A DNA stretch of 61,652 nt, counting the filler, from Sluysia triapertura (taxonomy: Eukaryota), in the NCBI GenBank assembly GCA_046118255.1. It is 5 parts of 5 records of this genome, joined end to end, with 100 filler letters (N's around TTAATTAATTAA, not from the genome) between each part and the next. Parts side by side here need not be neighbours in the genome. Positions count along the whole stretch, not along the records: positions 48,503 to 61,652 come from JBJNIA010056327.1; 4 more parts are not named here. One strand, given 5' to 3'. Positions 52,750-61,652 of the stretch are shown here, piece after piece (the stretch's first letter is position 1; the number at the start of each line of letters is the position of its first letter). Made by a program: the position numbers and the translations under genes. The notes beneath the pieces are model-generated. The model searched no databases. It saw only the letters and a list, made by a program, of their open reading frames with translations, and was not told the origin of the DNA.

Positions 52750-55541
52750 TTAAACTCAAAGTTACCTGTGCAGTTAACTAATTGACTAGTGTCATGAATG
52801 ATTTTTCTGCCGTGTTTAAGATATTTATTCGTTGTCCATGATCATGAATTTCGTTAGAAATATTACCAATATAACTAATTTCATTAATGTTGTGATAGAA
52901 GACACGAGATTGTCTGAATTTGAAACATTAATTCAATTCATTCAATTGAAATTGGCACTGTGATTATCTAAAAAGTTCATATTTCTGTTGGACTAAAAAG
53001 GAATTAGTTAGAGGTAAGATGGGGAAAACTTATCTGTGACACCAAATTCTATTGAAATATCTGTTATAATTTTATACGTGCGTAGGCATTGTACGTATTG
53101 AAATCTGATATATTTGTAACAACATTAGAACTTTTGTCCCTTGTAAAGTGAAATCTATGTACGCGAACTTAATTGAGATGACGAGGAATACGTTGTGAAG
53201 ACAAAGGCAGCATCTAATTCCAAATTATTTATTACTTTTAATAGCGAGTATAATTCAACTGTAAGATTATGAAATATCTTGATCATTTTTTATTGTTATT
53301 CAATTCTCTTGTAATAACAGTTAAAGACTGCGTAAATCGATAAACATTTGAAAGAGAAGACTCGTTTTTTCATTAAATTTTTATGCATGAATTTGACTAA
53401 AATACGATTCCATGGTGGTTTAAGAAGTTTAGCGCTTAAGTTAAATGGTAATTCATCAATTCGTATAATATTCTGACTGAAATTGATTATATCATTTGGA
53501 GACAACAACCAACTATCTACAATTACTTTCAAAGCTTCTGAAACTATTCGAATCTCGAATTCTCATCAACATGTAACCTGCTAAAAAAATCCATTGATTC
53601 ATAACTAAAAACATTAGTAGGACAAGACATAATTTATGATGAGCTTTGATATCGATGTACTTTAGACATTGTAAACAAACCTAAAAAACTAAAGGATGAA
53701 TCGTTTGTATTTGGTCTAATTTGAGTTAAAAAATCGCAATTGTTTTAAGCAGAATATAATATTTTAGGTATTGGATAAGAATCAGTAAATTGAAAATCTA
53801 TAGGTTTTCTTTCATTGCGCATAGACGCTAAAAGATTACATGAAATACTTTTATTCAATTTGCCTAATTTATTGATTTAATGGGAAACATAGAAAAATTA
53901 CTAATTAACGACAATAGATCGTGATTTTTATTTAATTCACTCTGTTTTTATTCTGAATTTAACAACAATATATTGTGATATTACTAAACTGGTTAATTCT
54001 GTATCTTTAAAAATAGACTAATATAATTGGTTTATCGAAAATAACATTAACCCAGTTATTGAATTGTGCTAATTACACTGGTTATTCATATCACATTTGA
54101 AGTAAAATTTTCACTACATGCGTCTGTATGACTGGTAAATTAAAAGTACAGATAGTTTATTATATTTTTGACATGATATGATTTATAAAATTATTTATAT
54201 TTTTATGTTCACATAAGAATAATTCAGTTTTTAATAATTTTGTAAGCAAAACTTTCTTTATTATATTCTTTATATGATTATTTAATATTAACTTAAAATT
54301 TAAAATTTCATTATAAATTTGATTAAGAATAAAAGGTACACCAAATAAAAAATATTTATTAATATCTGGATGTCCACTTCTGCATAACCCCTTGAGACTT
54401 ATCATTTTCCACTACCTGAAAAAAATTTAACATTATCATCATCATTATCTAAAATTAAATCAAATTTTACTTTAGCAGAGTTTACATTATAATCTCTGGT
54501 TATAACTTTAGGATCCGTCAACGCAATGCTTCTAAGTAGTTCCATGATTTGTCCATTGCTCATGCCGTGTACATATTTACATTTATTACCATATTTTGAG
54601 AAAACTCCTAAATCAGTTGAAGAAGATGGGCAGAAAGCAATGTCACTAATTGCAGAATTCATTTTTCTTTTAACATTCTTGTATTTGTATTGGCAAAAGG
54701 AATCGACTTTATAGTCTTTATCATACATACATAATTTATGTTTATTGTTAACTACATTAAAGCGTTGGATGATCTTTAAGTTTTCAACTTCTTTGTTCAT
54801 ATTATACTGATCATAGTTAATGCTTTTGTGATGATCAAGTCTCGAACTAATGTAATTCTTATAATATTTATACAAATTATCACACTTAATTTCTTTAAAA
54901 CTTTTAAAACCATATCATTATATGATGAATTCACACTAAATATAGTTTTATTTAGAAAATGTTTTAGAATCATATTAATACTGTTTAAATACTTATTGCC
55001 TTAAACATTATAGTGCATTTTATTGTAACATAGTTATTATGTCTCAAGAGTAGACATCCATAGTTATCTGAATTACGTTGTCTTTCATCAACGAAGATTG
55101 TGATACTCTTTCTATTACACTCATGAGTAGACGATTTCATAACATATGATAAAGAATTCGTAAATCTAAATCATATACATTTGGTAGATCTAAGCCAATA
55201 CATTTTGCATTATTTTGTACCATCAGTTCGAATACACAACTTCTATATTTACTTCTTATAAGATTACCCCAAGTTTTCCGTTCAATATGAAATAAAATTT
55301 TATTACTAATTGAATTTTTATCAACCATTGGTGATATTTCTTTAAACAATATAATTAATAGTTTGTCAGTTACTAATTTTGGTCTTACATAACTCGACAG
55401 TTCAACACAATCTCTACAAACTGTTAATGATGATAATACACAGGTTCTAAAATGACATATATTAGTTGGAACAATAGTATTTTTATGAATATGCAAACCA
55501 AACATATCTTTTTTAGTTAAACTTGTAACACCAATTTCCAT
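52750..55541 (-). pseudogene. Decayed ~2.8-kb intronless orphan coding region
   Basis: Co-oriented ORF fragments 55541-55137, 54875-54402, 54405-54160 and 53532-53296, with protein-like reading continuing between them through stops and frameshifts. No AT-rich intron-like interruptions and no family recognised. Confidence 0.55.
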
Positions 55542-55627
55542 ATTTTAACACAAAAATTTTTAAAACTTTTTGTAATTGCCGTTTAATTTTTATTTACTAT
55601 AAAAAATAATAATTACTTCTTTTGTTG

Positions 55628-55693
55628 ATTGGTTATCCAACCAAATTGTCTAATTAACATTTTTACACTATTGAATTTGGTTGGATAACCAAT
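55628..55693. repeat. Perfect 20-bp inverted repeat with a 26-nt spacer
   Basis: ATTGGTTATCCAACCAAATT (55628-55647) and AATTTGGTTGGATAACCAAT (55674-55693). Confidence 0.95.
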
Positions 55694-56339
55694 GTAATTT
55701 GATTATTAATTTTATCACGTAAATGATGATGAAGTAATCATATGTGATGACTACCATCATCATCAATAACACATAATTGTAAATGAAAAGCAAAGTGTCA
55801 TTGTTGATGATGGCAGTAACAGAGCTGATTTTAGTCTGCATTATTCAACTCAATTTTAATCAATTTTTATTAAAGAATGACAATGATTAAATGATAATAA
55901 TAATAATACCAATATTGCTATTATTATTATTATTATTGTTATTATTATTATTATTTTAAAGTTTGAAATTTAAAAACGCATAAATTCTTGTTCTATCTTT
56001 ATCTTACACTAACTTTCTTTAAATTCTTTGCTTTTCTAAACATATTAAATCTAATTAAATGAAAATTTGTCCAAATATTGTTTCGAAAATACTTCCAAGA
56101 AAAGAACACACTTGTTATTAAGTTCAAAGCACAGTTATAAAGCCCATGTCATTAAGTCAGCACCTACATATGTGAATGTTATAATGTTTTGTATAGCTGA
56201 TAGCACCTAACTAAATATTCTCTAATTAATAATATTTCTGCTGAAAGTGTAAAATACTGCGCAATACGTTTTAACATACTTTTACTTTTATTTCTACACT
56301 TAAGGTGAATTAATTTTAATTGTTATGATACTCATAAAT

Positions 56340-57087
56340 GTTTTAGGTGAATTAATGTTTATAAAGCTTTTTAAGTGTTGATTGCTGTTTTTAAGTGAAA
56401 GTGAAAGAGGTAGTTGTGGGAATATTGAATATTTGAGATAGTTGATTTTGAATGTGGTTGTAATTGAATTATTTTAGATGCAAGAGTGTAAAAAATAAAA
56501 TAAAATAAAATATTTCGAATGAAGTTTTAATGTAGTTTGATGGTTTAAAAGGTATTTGTAATTTGGGTGTTGTGGATAAATATTCTAAATGGATGGCTTA
56601 ATGTGTATTAATGTTATTTTTTGCTAAGAGATTATCTGTTTGAAATATTTTGCGGGGTGAAAATTTATTCTACTGTTTAGGAAGAGAATTAAAACATGAA
56701 AACGGTTGTGGTAAATTTTATAAGATTGTTTCTGATATAATATTTTTGTCTGAAGTATTATTAATGTGTAGGTAGTTTTGAAATGAAAGCCTAGAATAAG
56801 GTAGACGTTAGAATGAGTAATGATGGTGTTGATGTAATTAGGTTGTTTGGGATGGAAAGATGCAGAAATAAAGTATTTTGAATTAAAATTTAATATGTAT
56901 TGATTGTTTGGAGTATTAATTTAATGTGAGGTGTTGGATAAGTGTTCATGATGGATTTCTTGCTATGAGTTAATGGTGTTTTTATTATGAATTGACAGAT
57001 TTGCGGTGTATTAAGAAATAAATTTTTGCTTTGTGAATTTATGAGGTCTTAATATATTTTGTTAAGGTTATGAGTTTTGCCACCACA
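56340..57087 (-). repeat. LTR-like repeat family B copy (TGTRGTGG 5' terminus, strong C/A strand skew)
   Basis: Starts TGTGGTGGCAAAACTCATAACC on the minus strand. The same terminus occurs at 100(-), 991(-), 32237(-) and 38211(+). Confidence 0.6.
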
Positions 57088-58651
57088 CAGTTAACTAAGG
57101 ACGACTTTACATCCATTAATTTAGTCGTTTGAATATTATTTTGAGTATTTTGTGGACTTACCTAATTATTGTGTTAATGGCTTCAATATGAAACTGAACC
57201 TTATTAATTGAAACTCATATGTTTCTAGATTCTGGATCATCGAAAATTTTGAAATTAGGGCGAATTGATTTTTAAAGTTAAATTTTAGATAGAAGAAAAT
57301 TTAAATTAAAAATAATTATAAATTATAAATTATCATAAACAAGTAAAATTAATTTATCCATTAATCTTATAAGACAAAAACGAATGCTCAAATAACAAGA
57401 AAGCAACAAAGTGACAAACAAATCACACGATCATTATTATCTGACTTTTACTTGTGATTAAATTATTGTTTCACCGCGAAACTATAACTGATTAACGTTG
57501 ATTTTGAATTAAATAATCAGTGATCTGACATCGATATTGATAGAATACTTATGCATGGTTTTGACTAATATACATTTTGAACAGTGGCCATAGTATAATC
57601 TAATAAATCAATCATTTGAACAATCATTTCCACATTTCACTGTTACTTTGATCGGAAATTAATTTTATCAACTTTTCAGACACCGAGAAAAATGTGAGTA
57701 TTCGATAATGAGTTTATTTTATCCATACATTTAACAACTAGATTGACTAATACCTGTTTATGTGATTATCTTGAATTATCTTGAACGTAACAATTGCATT
57801 AAAAATTTAGCAAAAATTATTTTAAAGCTTCTTTTAAAAAAATGAAAAGTACGATTTATTGATCTCATTCAGCCATTGTAACAAACAAGTAAAATCTCAG
57901 CATCCAATATTTCTTCGAGGTGATGATTCGGAAGTTCAATTTAAATGTGTTTTTTTGTACGAAATTTTGCTGTACAAGATGCTTATGAAAAAGTACAAAA
58001 GCGTTGCTAGTTTAAATGAGAAAGGTAAACCTCAGAATGTTTCTGCCGGTGCATTGTTAGATTAGGTTACAATATATTCTAGAAAATTGGATTTTTATGT
58101 TATAATGATAAAATTCAAGAAACCAGCAAACTAATTCATTTTCATGTGCTTTTTGTGGTTATACTGATAATATGGCCTGTGGAATCACTTATTTTTCTAT
58201 TCAATTAAATGCTAAAACAACATTCAGACAATACAAAATTGGTTCTATTGCAAAATGCTACTAATATTGTTCATCCTAGCAATGAGTTACCATGGTCCAA
58301 TCATGGTTTCAGTAGCGCGTTCTTTTGCCACTAATGTGTAAAACTGGAAGAAAGTATTGGCAAATCAAGTTTGCGAATTCCGAAAGAATTTTGGGGCTAC
58401 GTAGCTGAACTTATTTACTTGATTTCATAAATTTATTATATTATATTATATTGTAATTATAATTATATTATAATTATAATCGAATTTTCCTTAGAGAAAA
58501 AGCACATAACTAAATAAAATTACAATAACGAAATATTCCACACTTATAAATTTATCAGGTATTTCTCTTATAGAGATATCAGACAAAGCATGTAAGGAAT
58601 ATGAACTATGATCTTTATTTTATTTATTCTGTTCTAGATGTGTAAAAAGTA

Positions 58652-58848
58652 CAGGAACTACTCTCTTATCCTCCATTTTCTGGAATCCGCCAATTTATTT
58701 TTGCAAAAATGAATATAAGTGTAATTTGGTTTAATAATATATTTTATTAATTATTTTTATTTATTTTTTTACTCTAAAAGCCGCCATTTTCTAGAAACCG
58801 TCACTTTTTTCATAGTCCCTTTTTTAGCGGATGAGAGAATAATTAATG
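58652..58848. mobile_element. Tc1/mariner (pogo/Tigger-like) MITE with TA target duplication
   Basis: The left end TA|CAGGAACTACTCTCTTATCCTCC matches the reverse complement of the right end, TA|CATTAATTATTCTCTCATCCGCT. An internal sub-repeat CCATTTTCT(G/A)GAA.CCG occurs twice. Confidence 0.65.
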
Positions 58849-58899
58849 TATGTCGAAATTAAATCCCAAAGTCATCCAGTTAATAAATACTTGCCGTTT

Positions 58900-60600
58900 T
58901 TAAGTGAATTAGATTACATAATTATTGATAATGACAACACAAATTTTCAAGAACTCACAATTGATTTGTTTTATAAATCATTGTTCAAATGAATCATGTT
59001 ACTTTGCGATGAGATTAATTTTAAATTTGCAAAACAATTTTTTGGCCTTTAAAAAATCTAAATCTAAATTTTTCCTGAAAGTATTTTGATGATTCAAGCA
59101 GCGAAAGTAATCTTTTCCTGCAAAATTAGACCAACAATACCGCACTTTGTGATATGTATCTAATTGCAAAATACGCATATCAACAGTTGTAACCTACATA
59201 CTCAATGTAGTTTTTATCAGGTTGTCATTACCAATAACTAAAACTGAGTTTTCGAAACGCATTTTCCATAGAATTTAGCTATTTCAATTTCTGCATTAAA
59301 ACATTAAATCAATGTCGATAAATTAACTAATAACGAATATAACAAAGCATGCAATACTTGGGACTTATTTCATTTTTCAAAGTTAAACGATACTACATTT
59401 GAAATTTGATGTTTAATTGCTAGCCCACATTTTTGAACAATTCTGATAACTATTGGCGAATATGGAATGGATTCCGACTTCAAATCCTTGAAACAAGTTA
59501 AAATTATTTCAAGACTCATAAAGGTTTAATTTTTGAATGAAGTATTAGGAATTGGATGACTTGATAACAGAAATTATGTAGTAACGGATGATAAGTCATT
59601 GCTATACATTCACATAAATAATTTATATGAATGGGCTTAGATTTCGAATGAATTTATGATAATGTTTTTATGATAGTGACTTGATTTATAAATTATCTTA
59701 TGCTGACAATGTAAAAAGTAGTTTTTGATATACTTTTAAAGTTGATTTAATCATTCTATCTCTTATAGATGATCTACCCATGGCGCCCATTCAACTCTAT
59801 AGTATCTAAATTACTTTTAACACAGGAATCAAATTCTAATTCATTGGCCAACGATACAATTGCACTTTCTATTAGGTTCATATAGTGATAACATTTTTCA
59901 TCAATCCTGAAAAACGAACACAAGCTATTAATGAATTATAAATACTAAAAAATATTTGTAGTAAAACTATTGAAAATGTGAAAAAAGCTTGCTACTGCGT
60001 AATCATAATGTAAAGTCATTCGTTATTAGGAAAGTTCGATTTAAACATTTGCTAGGCAGCTCCCGAACCGCAATTGCCTCTTTTCATAATATATTTTGGC
60101 TGTTATATTTTCTATTGAGACATTCAGATTTTGGAAATTAGCGATAATTAAAGTTTACAGTATAAAGTTATATAAGATAAGGTGCATCATATATGAGTAA
60201 AGTCCGCATGTAAGAGATGCTGTCTAAGGATTTGAAAAATATTGAAGCATTAAAATTAAGGCTGGTAAAACTTCATCGTTTTACATAAAATGTCAAAATA
60301 TTGGTTAAAATAAACTTTTGCTAGAAATGGAGAACGTTAATTTATTAGATATATCAAATTATCCGAAAAATCATGTGTTTGGTTTTCAATGTGAAAATAA
60401 AACCGGGCGAAAGTAAAGGACAATTAAAATGCATTGAGAGAAATGTTACTCATTCCGTAAACAAGTCGAAAAATCAAAACTCGAAGATGGCAATATGAAG
60501 TAAGCAGATCCTCGACACGAGTGCGTAAAAGATCAAGGGGCAAATCATTTCAATTAGCAAACAATGTGGCAATCGGTCAAACGACACAAGTTGGATAAAA
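58900..60600 (-). pseudogene. Heavily decayed coding-like region, possibly a HEAT-repeat protein retrocopy
   Basis: Protein-like minus fragments (EAIAVRELPSKCL, MGAMGRSSIRDRMIKSTLK, SSHPIPNTSF..IVIRIVQKCGLAIKHQI, AKFYGKCVSKTQFL) broken by many stops. Confidence 0.3.
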
Positions 60601-61531
60601 CAGACATTATCAGATTAATACATCTGACTGATTTTTTGTTTTGTAAATACATGTATTGTCTTAATTTATTGTAACTCTAAAAAATCATAAAAACTCTGAA
60701 AAAATTTACCAAAATTTATATTTTTAGATATATATTTATGATATTATCCTTAGCAGAATTGTTTTTTGACAATCTTCGTACAACCGAACACTTTACAACA
60801 TACGTCTGAAAACAATGACTTGATTCATACTTTTTTATATCTACTTTCTATTCTTGTTAACACATCTATAAAAACCTCGAGAAAAAGAACTTTAAAAGAA
60901 AAGAAAAAACATTATTCATGCCACACAATCACACGTTTTACAATGTGTGACGTCATTCTGTACAAATATGTTATTCATCTTACGAAAACAACATTCATAT
61001 ATACCATCTATTTATTCACTTTCTGTTATTAGTAACATCTGACATACGTCGAATAAAGATAAAAGTTCTCTAGAATAAAGGAAAACCTCAGAAATACAAA
61101 TTAGGGACTGTGCAATATAGGAAGTTTTGTTTTGTGCATCAATCTACTTGTTATTTAATTGTCTGCATCTTTAATCGAGGTTAAAATAGAAATTACAAAA
61201 TCTTTCTGAAATTAGTTACAGAATGTAATTGTATATTTGCGATAAATATAAATGTAAATGGTTATAGTGCTAAAGAGAATAAAGAAAATTCAAGTACTAA
61301 CAACATTTCTGGATAGTTAATATTTAATTTAATAGTTTAATAAAAGATATTTTGTGTTGATTCATTAGTAATTCGTAAATGATCATGCATATCTTGATAA
61401 CAATATCAACACAAAATTAATATATTAACTTTGTACGTTTTATCTATTGTTCTTTCAAGTATAATTGTTCTATAAAAATGTCCATGATACTGATAAAAAC
61501 ACTGAATAATAATATTATTGAATACTTAATA

Positions 61532-61573
<42 letters not shown>

Positions 61574-61652
61574 TATTATTATTATTATTATTATTATTAT
61601 AAAAAATGTAAAATAAAAATGTATAAAAATGTATAAAATAAAAATGTATAAA

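Noticed and set aside
54350-54400. Mononegavirales/chuvirus L protein call from SGHP
   Set aside because: KERE and GDN/QGDNQ polymerase motifs were not found in the downstream frames I translated, so the region is kept only as an orphan.
1-61652. tRNA, rRNA, snRNA or telomeric repeats
   Set aside because: No convincing cloverleaf, A/B boxes, Sm-site RNA or telomere array was seen by eye; tRNAscan-SE and Infernal would be decisive.

Overview
This is very AT-rich animal genomic DNA (roughly 20-25% GC by eye), plausibly a flatworm or other spiralian; that assignment is an inference. The window is not one locus: four 100-nt N-TTAATTAATTAA-N linkers join five separate pieces of about 11-13 kb. 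Recognisable host genes are a divergent DEG/ENaC channel (minus strand, at least 2 exons), two exons of an unconventional myosin motor domain, a secreted C-type lectin, a head-to-head pair of secreted Asn-rich low-complexity proteins, and an intact ribosomal protein P2 gene with a 32-nt intron. Most of the rest is decayed mobile DNA: a Ty3/Gypsy-like gag, an internally deleted hAT (GTF2IRD2/SPIN-like) element, an L2-type LINE 3' end, a LINE ORF1-like remnant, a Chapaev-like transposase, an IS630/Tc1 transposase, a TA-flanked MITE and several unclassified dispersed repeats. Three observations stand out: a virus-type tryptophan-repeat gene lying antisense behind a pol-less gag, a ~3 kb decayed intronless orphan ORF behind a perfect 20-bp palindrome, and a repeat family with a covarying hairpin.
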